Source: Candidatus Woesearchaeota archaeon
Lineage (GTDB): Archaea > Nanobdellota > Nanobdellia > Woesearchaeales > ARS49
Assembly (NCBI GenBank): GCA_038884975.1
Contig: JAWAAW010000003.1
Coordinates: forward strand, 19,502 to 83,501
Reading direction: 5' to 3'
DNA length: 64,000 nucleotides
Below the pieces are notes generated by a model. The model was not told the origin of the DNA and searched no databases. It saw only the letters and a list, made by a program, of their open reading frames with translations. The translations under genes and the position numbers were made by a program. Each line of letters starts with the position of its first letter. The stretch's first letter is position 1. Below, piece after piece: positions 10,700-21,507 of the stretch.

Positions 10700-10948
10700 A
10701 CTGCCCGTATTTATCTTATTTTGCTTTTAAGTGTTGTGGATTAATGCATCACAAGAGTTTAATAACATTTATAACCTCCCCCAAACGGCTGATACTGCCG
10801 CAGTTTATCACCGCTTTAAGGCAATCCCTTTTGCCTACAATTTTGCAGTGGTTGGCGCTGAGCAAGTTATTGGGATTCATTCACACATTGCCGTATTTTA
10901 GCACGCAGGTGAAAAAACCTTTTTGCATTCCATTTTTTTCATTATTGC

Positions 10949-12586
10949 TCAACGTACCCGATAAACATACAGGGTATCTACTCCGGATGTCCGATACCGC
11001 TCAGGTATTGTTTTAATCAACTCAAATCGCGCAGGATTTGACTTAATATACTCAATGGTATCATAATCCCAGACCTTTTCCCTGTTTTCAGGAACAGGCA
11101 TTGCCCAATAGCGTTCACCAAATACCACATAATGAATATCATACTTTTTGATAAGCGCTTCAAGGTTTTCTGGCGTCCGTGGAAGCGAAAGCACACGTTT
11201 CGGTTGCGTTAGCCACGTAATCTCAGGGGTGTATCCTGCTTGTACCATAATGCCATCGTTAGGAAGGCCTGCCAGAAATCGTGCAGTATTCTGCGCATCA
11301 GCCTCAAATGGCATTGCAAGCACGAATGTCCTATGCGAAGCAATTTGCAATGGCAAAAAAACAATAAGGACTGTTGCAATTAATATCTTAGCAATAATTC
11401 GGAAGTCTAGCCTAATTTTACGTGCCCAGCAGATCATTCCTTCTGTTAGGAAAAAAACCAGCGGAATTATTGCGCCGAGCGAATAACGGTTCGAAAACCC
11501 CTTGTAAATTATGAATATGTTCAATATAATATATGTGACCGCAAAGAAGAATGGAATATTTCCCTGTAAAAACTTCTGGCGCCAAGGTAATGGGAAAAGC
11601 GATTTGCGAGACTGCCACACCCCAAAAAGTATTATCGCAATAAGGGGAATGTATAAAAGAAGCATCAGGAGCACAGGCTTGAGGGCGAGCAAGGCACGTG
11701 CAGTATCATACGTGAGGTCTGTGGGAACCAGCCCTGGTTCCAGATTCAGCAAGTAAGCCAGGTATGCTGCGGCATGGGCAGGGCGAATGCCTATTTCATA
11801 CCCTATCAACACAACTGTGCTTGGAAATGCGGAAGGTGAGAGTATTTGGCGAAGGCCATAATTGTGCACGTATTCGGGAGTTCCATCAACACCTGCAGGA
11901 TACCAATCGTTGGTTTCGTAAATCCAGATACGAATGCCCAGCCAGCTGCAATATATCAGGATGATGAATGCAATACACGCAATTGCCTTGGTAATGCTTG
12001 TTTTTTTTGTGTAAAATACAGCAAGCATAAGCGAGAGGATTGGGATGAACAAGAACAAATGGTCTGTAGTGTATGCAGTAATCGCGCCGATAACCGCTGT
12101 AGTGATGTAGTGCCTGTTCTCTCCGCGCACTGCACGTAGGAAATAGTAAAGCATCATCACAAATAACGCAACGTACACTTGTTCTTTGTAAAGCCGATAC
12201 GACATCATGGTCATTTCGTGCGCGAGCGAAATGAACAACATTGCAATCCAAATCCATTCATCTTTCTTGTTAAGGATCTTGAATAGCTTTATGCAATAAA
12301 CAAAGAACAGGATTGCAAAGAACAGCTCAACAAGTTGAGCGCCGCGCAAGAGGTCGCCAAACACCCAGCCGTTAATCGCAAACAGCGCAGAAAGCACGGG
12401 TGGATTGTAAACATCGAACTGGTTGTTCCACACCAAATACTTGGGGAATGTGAGTGCGCCCTTCAGATATTTTGCCTCATCACCCCCTATAAAGTATGCT
12501 TCATTATCAGTGAATAAGCGGAATGTGATAAAAATAACAAATAATAGCAAATACCATACTTTCGGATTTTTCAGGAATTTTTTCAT
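10949..12586 (-). CDS. GT-C-like polytopic membrane glycosyltransferase (ArnT/PMT-like)
   Basis: 545 aa, multi-TM. Has a GGDEAKY acidic motif in the first predicted external loop and a C-terminal soluble domain. Confidence 0.55.
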   Translation of the reverse strand: MKKFLKNPKVWYLLLFVIFITFRLFTDNEAYFIGGDEAKYLKGALTFPKYLVWNNQFDVYNPPVLSALFAINGWVFGDLLRGAQLVELFFAILFFVYCIKLFKILNKKDEWIWIAMLFISLAHEMTMMSYRLYKEQVYVALFVMMLYYFLRAVRGENRHYITTAVIGAITAYTTDHLFLFIPILSLMLAVFYTKKTSITKAIACIAFIILIYCSWLGIRIWIYETNDWYPAGVDGTPEYVHNYGLRQILSPSAFPSTVVLIGYEIGIRPAHAAAYLAYLLNLEPGLVPTDLTYDTARALLALKPVLLMLLLYIPLIAIILFGVWQSRKSLFPLPWRQKFLQGNIPFFFAVTYIILNIFIIYKGFSNRYSLGAIIPLVFFLTEGMICWARKIRLDFRIIAKILIATVLIVFLPLQIASHRTFVLAMPFEADAQNTARFLAGLPNDGIMVQAGYTPEITWLTQPKRVLSLPRTPENLEALIKKYDIHYVVFGERYWAMPVPENREKVWDYDTIEYIKSNPARFELIKTIPERYRTSGVDTLYVYRVR

Positions 12587-14388
12587 TTGTTTACTCTGTA
12601 CACTATAATTGGTAGCCCCTTATGAGGCTCATCTTTTTTTGTCAATACAGCAACCCTGGTTAAATGCGCTGACATGTTTGCGTCTCCGCCGAACCTCTTG
12701 AAATAATAGTCCTCAACATAATCCCAGTCAATAATATATGAGATGTTCTGCTCATTAATGTAAGAATAAAGGCGTTTGTCTTTAAGGGCATAATATGCAT
12801 TGTCATTAATCACCCCGTCAAGGTTCACAATCTTTCTGCCGCTGAAATACCCGTACACGCCCGCATTGAATGCGCCGATTATTGTGTCAGGAGATGTATT
12901 ATTGCGAATCCATCTGATTCCGTCTTCATACATTGTGTACTGCAAGGGAGTCCATTCACTGCTAAGCTGGCCTGTTCTTGCAGCCTGCACGCTGCTGAAT
13001 ACAAGGCTTACAGCAATCAAAAGCCCGACAGCACTGTACACCACGCGCAGCAGGTTTTTGGCAGAGCTTGCATAATATGCTCTTACAAGAACTAATGCAG
13101 AACCAAGAATTATGAACATCACAATCGGCATTAAATACCGCATAACAGCCCCTGTTGAGATGTAATAGCCGAAAAGCATTATGCAGAACAGTATAATAAA
13201 AGCAAAATCGCGGATTTTTGTGCAGGTCTTTTTGGCAAGCAGGATTAGCGCAATACCAAGAATTGCGGCAATAGCCACGCCGTACACAAACCCCTGCAGA
13301 TAAGAAAGTCCGATGAATTTGGTACCTTCCTTGATAAGGGCAAGGGTTGTGAACGCTCTCTTAATAATAAGGTCCATAAACCCTGTATAATAGCCTGCGT
13401 TTGATGCCAGTGCTTTTGAGGCACCGCTCAATGGCATCAGCGCTTTGGAATTAATCAGGCTAAATATTGACCATGCGGCCGCAAATATTGCAAGCACAAT
13501 TCCACAAGGCACAAGCTGCCTAAAAGCACTGCCAAATTTTTTCTTGTTCAGGAATAAATAGTCAGCTGCGACTGCAACTGCGAAAAATATTGAATCCAGG
13601 CGCGCCAATAACGTTAAGCCCAACAGCAAACCCAGCAATGCGCTTTGCTTTTGCTTAAGCGATTCCCTGTGGCTAAAATAATACCACACGCTTAAGCTTA
13701 GCAACAACAGGTACAGCCCTGTCTCAAAGCCCGAAGCCGCAGCCCATAACAGGAATGGGTTGAAACCCCAGAACAATGCAAGCACAGCCCCTGTGAGCTC
13801 ATAGCCGTAGCCGGCACAAATCCGATAAAGGACATAAGCGGTCAGCACGTGAGCAAGCATGAGTATGAGTGTTGCAATTGTAATAAGAACGATCTGATTG
13901 GGGATTAGAATAGTCAGCAATGTGAGTACCAGAAACCACAATGGCTGAAAGCCATTTGTCGGATTTATTCCGTCAAAAGTAACTTTGCCGTATTTTGGAA
14001 CATTTTCAGCAATTTTTAGGAAATAGAAAAAATCATCAACATACAGGCTTCCAACATTGACTTCAATCGGGCGGAATGCCCAGTATGAACCTGCAATAAA
14101 AGCCAATAATAGCATAACCAAGACAAATTCTTGCAGGTGCAGCGGCTTGTTTATTTGCGCTTTTGATTTTTTAAATGTGAGTGTGATAAATGTAGCTGCA
14201 AATAACAAGATGCCTGCAATGACTGACACGATTTTTATGCGTGCCAGATCCTGCACCCATTCGGGCCTGATTACGGTCGCGGGATTGATTAAGGACTTGA
14301 TAAGCGCAAGCATCCATTCGGTGCTGGCAAAAACCCCAAAAATTACAAGAGTTATTCCAAGACCTCGGAGTACGTATTTAGAAATCAT
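12583..14388 (-). CDS. GT-C-like polytopic membrane glycosyltransferase
   Basis: 601 aa, multi-TM, with a VDDFFYF loop motif and a C-terminal soluble domain. Overlaps its neighbours by 4 and 11 nt, suggesting an operon. Confidence 0.5.
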   Translation of the reverse strand: MISKYVLRGLGITLVIFGVFASTEWMLALIKSLINPATVIRPEWVQDLARIKIVSVIAGILLFAATFITLTFKKSKAQINKPLHLQEFVLVMLLLAFIAGSYWAFRPIEVNVGSLYVDDFFYFLKIAENVPKYGKVTFDGINPTNGFQPLWFLVLTLLTILIPNQIVLITIATLILMLAHVLTAYVLYRICAGYGYELTGAVLALFWGFNPFLLWAAASGFETGLYLLLLSLSVWYYFSHRESLKQKQSALLGLLLGLTLLARLDSIFFAVAVAADYLFLNKKKFGSAFRQLVPCGIVLAIFAAAWSIFSLINSKALMPLSGASKALASNAGYYTGFMDLIIKRAFTTLALIKEGTKFIGLSYLQGFVYGVAIAAILGIALILLAKKTCTKIRDFAFIILFCIMLFGYYISTGAVMRYLMPIVMFIILGSALVLVRAYYASSAKNLLRVVYSAVGLLIAVSLVFSSVQAARTGQLSSEWTPLQYTMYEDGIRWIRNNTSPDTIIGAFNAGVYGYFSGRKIVNLDGVINDNAYYALKDKRLYSYINEQNISYIIDWDYVEDYYFKRFGGDANMSAHLTRVAVLTKKDEPHKGLPIIVYRVNK

Positions 14389-15127
14389 ACTTCCCAGTCA
14401 AGTTCCTCCAGATGATCTTAAGGACGTCAATGCCGTACTTTATTGGCTTCAAGTGCGATTTTTCTTCTGCATATCGTGTTGGAATCGGGACCTCCCTGAT
14501 GCGCAACTTTTTCTTGCCTGACATCATTATCATCTCACCGTCGAAATGGAAAGTGTTGCTCAGGCGTGTGAAAGGGATTGTTGCAAGTGCTCTCTTTGAA
14601 TACACCATATAGCCTGTATGATACTCTGTAATGTTCATTCCGTAAGCAATGTTTTCAATAAAAGTTAAAGCGCGGTTTCCTATGTATTTGTACAAAGGCA
14701 TCCCTCCTTTGAGAGCCTCTCCGCCAAGCATTCGTGAGCCAAGAACAACATCTGCCTCGCCATTCTCAATCGGCGCAATCATCTTTTGCAATATTTCAGG
14801 GGCATACTGCCCATCAGAATGGAGCAACACAGCAATGTCTGCGCCCAGTCGGACTGCTTCTGTAAAGCCTGTTTTTTGCGCAGCGCCATACCCGCGATTC
14901 AGGTCGTGTGTGAGCACAGTAATCTTGCGGTATTTTTTCTTGATTCTCCTAAGGACTTCCGGCAGGTTGTCTTTGCTGCCGTCATTCACAACAACAACAC
15001 GATACACCTTACGCCAAAAATCCTTTGGAATGCGATCAAAAACGCTTTCAATGGTTTTTGCCGCATTGTAAGCCGGCATCACTATTACTATTCTCATGAT
15101 AAACCACTTGTTCGGGCTATTAAGCAC
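14378..15127 (-). CDS. Glycosyltransferase family 2 (dolichyl/polyprenyl-phosphate sugar synthase-like, soluble)
   Basis: MRIVIVMPAYNAAKTIESV...VVVVNDGSKDN. The likely start is M11 at 15097. Confidence 0.8.
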   Translation of the reverse strand: MLNSPNKWFIMRIVIVMPAYNAAKTIESVFDRIPKDFWRKVYRVVVVNDGSKDNLPEVLRRIKKKYRKITVLTHDLNRGYGAAQKTGFTEAVRLGADIAVLLHSDGQYAPEILQKMIAPIENGEADVVLGSRMLGGEALKGGMPLYKYIGNRALTFIENIAYGMNITEYHTGYMVYSKRALATIPFTRLSNTFHFDGEMIMMSGKKKLRIREVPIPTRYAEEKSHLKPIKYGIDVLKIIWRNLTGKYDF

Positions 15128-15153
15128 CCTTTTTAAATCTTCTGCGCGAAATT

Positions 15154-17025
15154 CTAATTATTTCCTGCGACAAATTTCTGGTGCCAGAGCTGGAATGTCA
15201 ATAGCGTCCAGAGCTGGCGCGCATAAAACAATGGTGCATTAGAGTATTTTTTGCGGATTTGCTGTACAGCAACGTTTTGAAATATTCCTGATTCGTGCAA
15301 TGCAGTAGGAGAAAGGAGTTCATCAATCATTGGGCGCAGGTCAGTGGCAAGCCAGCGGTCTATAGGAACATAAAACCTTTGTTTTTTCCTCGCTACAATT
15401 TCCTTCGGAAGCAAGGAATGCATGGCCCTCCTAAGTATGTATTTTTCCTTGAAGCCCTTCAGTTTAAGAGAGGGCGGGATTGTTTCTGAGAATTCAACAA
15501 GCCTGTGGTCAAGAAATGGAACCCTGCCCTCAACACCCCATGCCATTGTCATCCTGTCTGCCTTATGAAGCATGTTTTCAGGCAGTTGCAGTTCAAACTC
15601 CAGCTTCATTGTGTTATGCACAACAGGCAAGTCATTCTGATAGTATCCCTTAAGCTCATCCCTGATGCTGTGTGCAACTGGCGCGAGCCGCTTACGTTCT
15701 GAATCATTATATATTGATACAATCTCAAGATACTGGTCAACAGGGTTTTTCTTTGAGAGAAATCCAATAGCTCTACGCCTTCCTTCTGTGCCAAGCTTGC
15801 TTGCGTACTTGAAAACTTTGTTAAGAACAAGGCCTGGCAATGCCTTGATTGCAGGCGATGCAAGCGACCTGACGATAAGTGGCAACTGCCCCATTTTCAT
15901 GAACTTGTTTTGTTCATAGCCCGCAAATACCTCATCTCCACCCTCGCCGGTAAGAATAACAGTTGCCTTTGGCTTTGTTTTTTGCGAAAGCAAGTAGACC
16001 GGCAAAAGGGTGGGGTCTGCCAATGGCTCATCACAGTGCCACACAATCTTTGGCAGGTTTTTAGCAAGGTCGGGACCAACCATGAATTCATTGTGGCTGG
16101 TGCCGAATGATTCGCTAATTGTTTTTGCAAAGCGCAATTCATCAGTCTCCTCACCATAGCCAAAACCGACAGAGAATGTCTTTATGTCGCGTATTCCTGC
16201 ATTATGCATCAGCGCGACCACTGAAGCAGAATCAATTCCGCCGCTGAGATAGACTCCAAGAGGGACATCTGACATTAGCCTTTTGACAACAGCATCCTGC
16301 AATAATTCCCTTATTTTTGCAGCAAAATACTGCTCACTCTCGTGCATCACTTTCTGGTTTGAGTATGATACCTGCCAATAACGCTTTCTCTCCAATTTTT
16401 TTGATTTGATGTCATAAACAAGCCATTCGCCAGGCAGCACCCTATAAACATCTTCAAGCATGGTTTCCCTGCCATAATTGTAGCGCAGGGTGAGGTATCT
16501 GCTGAGAGCTTTCGTGTTCGTTTTGCGCTCGAATGGATAAGCAAGAAATGATTTGTATTCTGAAGCAAACATAAATTTGTCGTCTTTAAGATAATAATAC
16601 AACGGCTTTATTCCAAGCCTATCGCGTGCAAGAAACAATTTCTTTGATTTTGAGTCGTAAATGCAGAATGCAAAGTCGCCATTAAACTGGTGCACGCAGT
16701 CCTTTCCGTACTCGTCGTATGCATGCACAATCACCTCAGTATCTGTCCTTGATTCAAACCTGTGACCAAGTTGTTCAAGCCGTTTCCTTATTTCCTTGTA
16801 ATTGTATATTTCGCCGTTAAAGACAATCCAACTGGCGCCCTTACCGTTTGACATCGGCTGCCTACCTTTTTCTGAAAGATCAATGATGCTCAGGCGCTGA
16901 TGGCCGAGCGTGACGTTTTCATCACAGAAATAGCCGTTTTGGTCAGGACCGCGATGGGCAAGCAACGCCATCATTTTTTTAACAAGCGCCTTGTCAGCAA
17001 AGTTAAACCCAGCAATGCCGCACAT
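15154..17025 (-). CDS. asnB: Asparagine synthase (glutamine-hydrolysing) family amidotransferase
   Basis: MCGIAGF N-terminal nucleophile, SGGIDSS PP-loop motif, 623 aa. Lies inside the glycosylation array, so it may amidate a sugar acid. Confidence 0.85.
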   Translation of the reverse strand: MCGIAGFNFADKALVKKMMALLAHRGPDQNGYFCDENVTLGHQRLSIIDLSEKGRQPMSNGKGASWIVFNGEIYNYKEIRKRLEQLGHRFESRTDTEVIVHAYDEYGKDCVHQFNGDFAFCIYDSKSKKLFLARDRLGIKPLYYYLKDDKFMFASEYKSFLAYPFERKTNTKALSRYLTLRYNYGRETMLEDVYRVLPGEWLVYDIKSKKLERKRYWQVSYSNQKVMHESEQYFAAKIRELLQDAVVKRLMSDVPLGVYLSGGIDSASVVALMHNAGIRDIKTFSVGFGYGEETDELRFAKTISESFGTSHNEFMVGPDLAKNLPKIVWHCDEPLADPTLLPVYLLSQKTKPKATVILTGEGGDEVFAGYEQNKFMKMGQLPLIVRSLASPAIKALPGLVLNKVFKYASKLGTEGRRRAIGFLSKKNPVDQYLEIVSIYNDSERKRLAPVAHSIRDELKGYYQNDLPVVHNTMKLEFELQLPENMLHKADRMTMAWGVEGRVPFLDHRLVEFSETIPPSLKLKGFKEKYILRRAMHSLLPKEIVARKKQRFYVPIDRWLATDLRPMIDELLSPTALHESGIFQNVAVQQIRKKYSNAPLFYARQLWTLLTFQLWHQKFVAGNN

Positions 17026-17957
17026 CAGAACACCGCCTCAATCTCGTAATTAGGCTTGTCGCGGTAATACATTCGTATCATTATTTCCGCCAGGAAGCCG
17101 AAGAAGAACGTAAGGAAGCCGGTAATGACAAGCATTACTGAAAGCATAAGCAAGGGCCCCACGTATAATGCCCTGATAAGAAATGCCTTGATTACTTGTT
17201 CAATGAAGATTGCAAATGCAGCAACAAACTGTATTGTTGCCGCAGTGCCAAAGAAATGAATTGGTCTCGTTGAGAAGTCATTCCAGAACTTTATGAACAA
17301 AAGGTCAAAAAAGCCCTTGAAAATACGCTTGAAATTGTATTTCGTCTTTCCAAACTTTCTTGGCCGGTGGTTTACAGAAAGCTCGCCGATTTTGAAGCCC
17401 CTGTATTTGAGGACTGTTGTAATGTATCTGTGCATTTCGCCATAGAGTGTGAGGTTGTCAAAGCATTCGCGCTTGTAAACCTTCAAAGTGCAACCAGCAT
17501 CATGAATGCTTTCGCCAGTCAGCCAGCGCCTGAGCCTGTTTGCAAGCTTCGAGAATACTTTTTTTGAAAACGCGTCTTTACGCTTTGCGCGCCAGCCAGA
17601 AACAACATCATACCCTTCCTTCATCTTTTCAAGCAGGCGCGGAATATCCTTTGGGTCATTCTGCAAGTCCGCATCAAGAGTAATCAAGATTTTACCTTTT
17701 GACTGCTTTATTCCTGCGTCAAGGGCAGCGGTCTGGCCAAAATTCCTCCTGAATTTCACTATGCGCACGCGCTTGTCGCGCTGCGCAAGGCTGCGAAGCA
17801 CAGAAAAAGTATGGTCTGTGCTGCCGTCATCAACAAAGATAATCTCGTACGGATTGCCAAGAGAATGCATTACAGGAGTGAGCTCTGCATACAAAGGGTT
17901 GATGTTTCCCTCCTCGTTGTACACCGGCAGGACTACAGAATATTCGATGCCACCCAT
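17025..17957 (-). CDS. GT2 polyprenyl/dolichyl-phosphate glycosyltransferase (GtrB/ArnC/DPM1-like) with C-terminal TM helices
   Basis: VVLPVYNEEGNINPLY...FVDDGSTDHT GT2 motifs, plus two C-terminal hydrophobic helices typical of GtrB/ArnC. The ORF track starts at a TTG (17963). The ATG at 17957 sits 27 nt from a TATA box. Confidence 0.85.
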   Translation of the reverse strand: MGGIEYSVVLPVYNEEGNINPLYAELTPVMHSLGNPYEIIFVDDGSTDHTFSVLRSLAQRDKRVRIVKFRRNFGQTAALDAGIKQSKGKILITLDADLQNDPKDIPRLLEKMKEGYDVVSGWRAKRKDAFSKKVFSKLANRLRRWLTGESIHDAGCTLKVYKRECFDNLTLYGEMHRYITTVLKYRGFKIGELSVNHRPRKFGKTKYNFKRIFKGFFDLLFIKFWNDFSTRPIHFFGTAATIQFVAAFAIFIEQVIKAFLIRALYVGPLLMLSVMLVITGFLTFFFGFLAEIMIRMYYRDKPNYEIEAVF

Positions 17958-17974
17958 AAACAAAAACCACCCGT

Positions 17975-17992
17975 GAATAGTTTATAAAGATT
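17975..17992 (-). promoter_or_regulatory. Recurrent promoter motif CACAATC-TTTATAAA positioned for a leaderless start at 17957
   Basis: The plus strand reads agtttataaagattgtg. On the minus strand the motif reads CACAATCTTTATAAAC; its TATA is centred 27 nt from ATG 17957. The same element recurs at 22446 (TATA 26 nt from ATG 22424) and 37559 (TATA 28 nt from ATG 37537). Confidence 0.4.
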
Positions 17993-18006
17993 GTGTATAC
18001 TTGCAG

Positions 18007-18840
18007 TCAGTTAAACGGTTTTTGTGCGAATATTATGATATCGTCATTAAGTGGGAGGCGGATGCAGCAAGACCGTATTGGCAGTAGCTTCATTGCCCCC
18101 AAAAAAAGCCGCGACAGGAAGCACTGTTTAATGCTGATGCTGTATTTCAGCGCTTTCAGATCCCTGTAGCGGTTCAATGGCAGACACATAAGCACTTTCA
18201 GGCCTGCACGCTCCACTAACATCCGCAATGTTCTTTTTGTAAAATAATAGAGGTGGTCTGTGGGTTTGATTTGGAATTTTCGCGCCCATCTGCTCCCAAA
18301 ATTAGGGGTGGTGATTAGAATGACTCCATTCGGTTTTAAAAAAGATGCGCAGAGTTTTAAGGATGCAAGGGGGTTTTCCATATGCTCTATCACATCACTC
18401 ATATGGATTGCGTCAAAGAATCCTTTCGGATAACTTTTTCGGTTCAAAAATCCACGCTTTACATTAAGCCCTGCTTTTTTGCATACGGCTATTGAGTGCG
18501 CATTCAAGTCAATGCCATAACAATCCCAGCCTGCCTTTCGCGCGAGCTTCAGGAAAGTGCCTACAGCACATCCGACGTCAAGAATTCTGTGTCCTATTGA
18601 ATATTTCTTAATAAGGCAAAGCCTTCGCCTGAATTCAAGTTCATCGCAGTGTTCTGTTCGCTCGTAATATCTTGTATGAACTTTGTTTTGGAGATAAACA
18701 TTTTCAACATCACTTATTCTTGGATTTACAAATACAAGCCCGCAATTACTGCAACGGACAAGAGTGTGCCCTTCCTTCTTCAGAACAGGCAGATTTTTTC
18801 CGCTATTACACAAAATGCAATTAATTGTTTTTTGTTTCAT
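18007..18840 (-). CDS. SAM-dependent methyltransferase with N-terminal C4 zinc ribbon
   Basis: CILCNSGKN...CSNCGLVFVNP zinc ribbon followed by a VLDVGCAVGTF SAM-binding motif I. Confidence 0.7.
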   Translation of the reverse strand: MKQKTINCILCNSGKNLPVLKKEGHTLVRCSNCGLVFVNPRISDVENVYLQNKVHTRYYERTEHCDELEFRRRLCLIKKYSIGHRILDVGCAVGTFLKLARKAGWDCYGIDLNAHSIAVCKKAGLNVKRGFLNRKSYPKGFFDAIHMSDVIEHMENPLASLKLCASFLKPNGVILITTPNFGSRWARKFQIKPTDHLYYFTKRTLRMLVERAGLKVLMCLPLNRYRDLKALKYSISIKQCFLSRLFLGAMKLLPIRSCCIRLPLNDDIIIFAQKPFN

Positions 18841-20497
18841 TTCGGATGTTGAACACTAGTATGCTGTAGCCTATGCGGTCTGTTGGAGTCATATTTCTTA
18901 ACCACGCATAACAGTCTTTTGGCTGGCCTGTGAAGAGCAACCCGTAAAGGTTGTTGATTGATAGAACGTGAATGCCGGGGGAAGGTTCGCACGGAATCGT
19001 GTGGTACTTGATACCCCTAATTTCAGGGACGTCATTCCCAAAATAACTTAGCCCTATCTCAGATATGTTATTCTTATCCATCCATTTTTTGACCGCATTT
19101 AGGTCTTGCCCCCAATCAACATTCGAGTCAAGAAAGTACTTGTAGCCGTTCTGCGAGCCGCCGATAATCTCATTGAAGTACGAAAGGTAATAAGGGTGTA
19201 CCAAAACTGATGAGATAAGATACCAAGCCAAAAGCACACTAAATACTCTTTTGAGCATTTTGTGTTCAGATGCGTACTTCCACACAATTGCAATAAAAAC
19301 AAAAATTAATGGATAAATCGGTAGCAAATGGCGGATTCCAAGCTTGTACTGCTTTATGCTGAACAAAAGTGTAACTCCACCTACTGTGAGCAGTATTAGT
19401 ATGAGGTCTATTGTTCTTTCATACTTGATTTTTGGTAAAAGGATAAGACCAATAACAAGCATTAACAACAGCGCAAAAGGTGTTTTGACAATAAAACTAA
19501 ATATGAAAAAGTACCAGTCTTCACTTGTCAGCCACCTTCCATGAAAGTAGTGCGTGTCTTTAGAAAAAATCTGGTTAGTTTCTAGACCTTTCAAGTACCA
19601 GAAGGGAAGTGGTACTGGAATCCACCCGATTGCTTGATTATTCAACGTTATGAAACGCTGTTCAAAATTATATTCCCTTAAAGGAGTAAACGTGCCCTGA
19701 AAAAGATATCCTGCATTAAGAACAAATGCAGATATTGCTCCAATAAAAATGAAAAATACAATAATAGCAAAAATCTTCCATTTAAGAGTAAATTCACTTG
19801 CTCTCCTAAGTAATTTTAGTACAGGTACGGGTTGCTTAGTGAAGATAAGGGAAAGAGCTGCAATGCCAAGAATTGGCACTAGTAAAATACCTGTATGCTT
19901 GCTGAGAAGTGCGATGCCTAGGCACATTCCTGTGATAACCGCATCGCGTGTTTCTCCTGACTGGACAAAATGCTTGAAATAATAAAGCGTCATAATAAAA
20001 AAGGTAGAAATCATGATGTCGTTGTCAGCAATGGAGCTAAGGCCAACCATTAACGGCAAAAATGCATATAGAACAACAGCGACTAATGCTGATTTTTCAT
20101 TGGCCACCTCTTTTGCCCATTTGTAAACATAAACTGCGCCGATAATTCCAAGAAGAAGTGCTACAAAGCGTCCAAAACAAATCATTTGCTGGAACATGTG
20201 CCTATTGTATTGGAAAATAAGCAGCCTTCCGTAGAGGAATTCGTCAATATTAGGAAAATTCTGAGGAATCGGGACATCAGGACCCAGCAGCATTGTTGCC
20301 CAAGCAACCAAAAGTTTCATTCCTGGCGGGTGTGAGGGAGAATGCGCAAAATCTGTTGTTTTCCATAGCGCAAGCCCGGTGTAAATCACGGGTTCGTCAG
20401 AAGTTATGCTGTAAAATGAGTTCAAATAAAGCCCGCGGAAGAAAAAGATTGTCAATATTACGAATAATAACAGTGTTACCTTCTTGATTTTTACCAT
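18821..20497 (-). CDS. GT-C-like polytopic membrane glycosyltransferase (ArnT/PMT-like)
   Basis: 558 aa, multi-TM, SDEPVIYTG acidic loop motif near the N-terminus. Confidence 0.6.
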   Translation of the reverse strand: MVKIKKVTLLLFVILTIFFFRGLYLNSFYSITSDEPVIYTGLALWKTTDFAHSPSHPPGMKLLVAWATMLLGPDVPIPQNFPNIDEFLYGRLLIFQYNRHMFQQMICFGRFVALLLGIIGAVYVYKWAKEVANEKSALVAVVLYAFLPLMVGLSSIADNDIMISTFFIMTLYYFKHFVQSGETRDAVITGMCLGIALLSKHTGILLVPILGIAALSLIFTKQPVPVLKLLRRASEFTLKWKIFAIIVFFIFIGAISAFVLNAGYLFQGTFTPLREYNFEQRFITLNNQAIGWIPVPLPFWYLKGLETNQIFSKDTHYFHGRWLTSEDWYFFIFSFIVKTPFALLLMLVIGLILLPKIKYERTIDLILILLTVGGVTLLFSIKQYKLGIRHLLPIYPLIFVFIAIVWKYASEHKMLKRVFSVLLAWYLISSVLVHPYYLSYFNEIIGGSQNGYKYFLDSNVDWGQDLNAVKKWMDKNNISEIGLSYFGNDVPEIRGIKYHTIPCEPSPGIHVLSINNLYGLLFTGQPKDCYAWLRNMTPTDRIGYSILVFNIRNETKNN

Positions 20498-21507
20498 AAA
20501 GATTTCTTGGACATGCTTGCAAGCAAAAACCAGCCAAAGCGCTTCTCGTACCAGCGCAAAAGCCGCGACTGATATACTCGTTTCCCCATCACGTACAACT
20601 CAGGAAGCTCCCGCCTATCAACTTTTTGAAGCACAAGCCCTGCTTTTTCAGCCATGTCGCGGAGTTCTCTTGCATTGAAGCTTTTTGTGATTGGATTGAC
20701 CATATTGTCACGAAATACGGTTACCGTGTTTGACTGAGTCTTTGTTTCGCCGCTCCAGAGAGGAGTCAGAGCAAAAATCAGCCTACTGAAAATTCTAGAT
20801 CTTCTGCAGAGATATCGCAGGATTTTTTTTGTGTAATTCCACACACTTGTCTTGTGGTAAACCATAATATGTATTTTGCCTGTAGTCTTTAATGCCCTTG
20901 CAAAATGGTCAAGGCATGCCTGCGGGTTTGGTGTGTGGTGAATGACACCCATGCTTGTAATCATATCGAATGTATTATCCTTGAATGGCAAGTATTCAAG
21001 GTTTCCAATAACGAGATTAGGGACTCTGCCATGCTCTATGAACAATTTTCGGATGTGGTAAAGCGAATTAGGAGTCTGATCAATTCCAATAACATTTGCG
21101 CCCAATAATTCTAACTCGGTATAAAGATGACCACCTCCGCAGCCTGCTTCAAGGGCGTATTTGCCGCGGACATCACTCTCAGCGACATACCATGGTGTTG
21201 TGTTAAGCGTGTGTATGCTGATTTTTTCTGGGTGTTCCATTGCGTCGCGTGCGCCGACAATACCATAAGGGGTCTCGTTAAAAAGCTTTCTGACACCTTC
21301 TTGGAGCGTTTTTCTAGGAGCGTAATAAAGGTCAGGAATCCCGTCTTCCATAGAATATTTTGTGTTGCAGGCGGTACAAGTGAGTTTTGCACGCACTACT
21401 TCCTGCCTGTTCTGCTCAATAATTTCAGTATTTAAGCCACCCCTACACTTTGGGCATGCCAGCAATGAAAGGAAGTCTTTTATCATTTTCGTGAGGGAAT
21501 CAAGCAC
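20491..21507 (-). CDS. SAM-dependent methyltransferase with N-terminal Trm112-like zinc ribbon
   Basis: LACPKCRGGL Trm112-like motif, then a LEAGCGGGH methyltransferase motif I. Confidence 0.65.
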   Translation of the reverse strand: MLDSLTKMIKDFLSLLACPKCRGGLNTEIIEQNRQEVVRAKLTCTACNTKYSMEDGIPDLYYAPRKTLQEGVRKLFNETPYGIVGARDAMEHPEKISIHTLNTTPWYVAESDVRGKYALEAGCGGGHLYTELELLGANVIGIDQTPNSLYHIRKLFIEHGRVPNLVIGNLEYLPFKDNTFDMITSMGVIHHTPNPQACLDHFARALKTTGKIHIMVYHKTSVWNYTKKILRYLCRRSRIFSRLIFALTPLWSGETKTQSNTVTVFRDNMVNPITKSFNARELRDMAEKAGLVLQKVDRRELPELYVMGKRVYQSRLLRWYEKRFGWFLLASMSKKSLW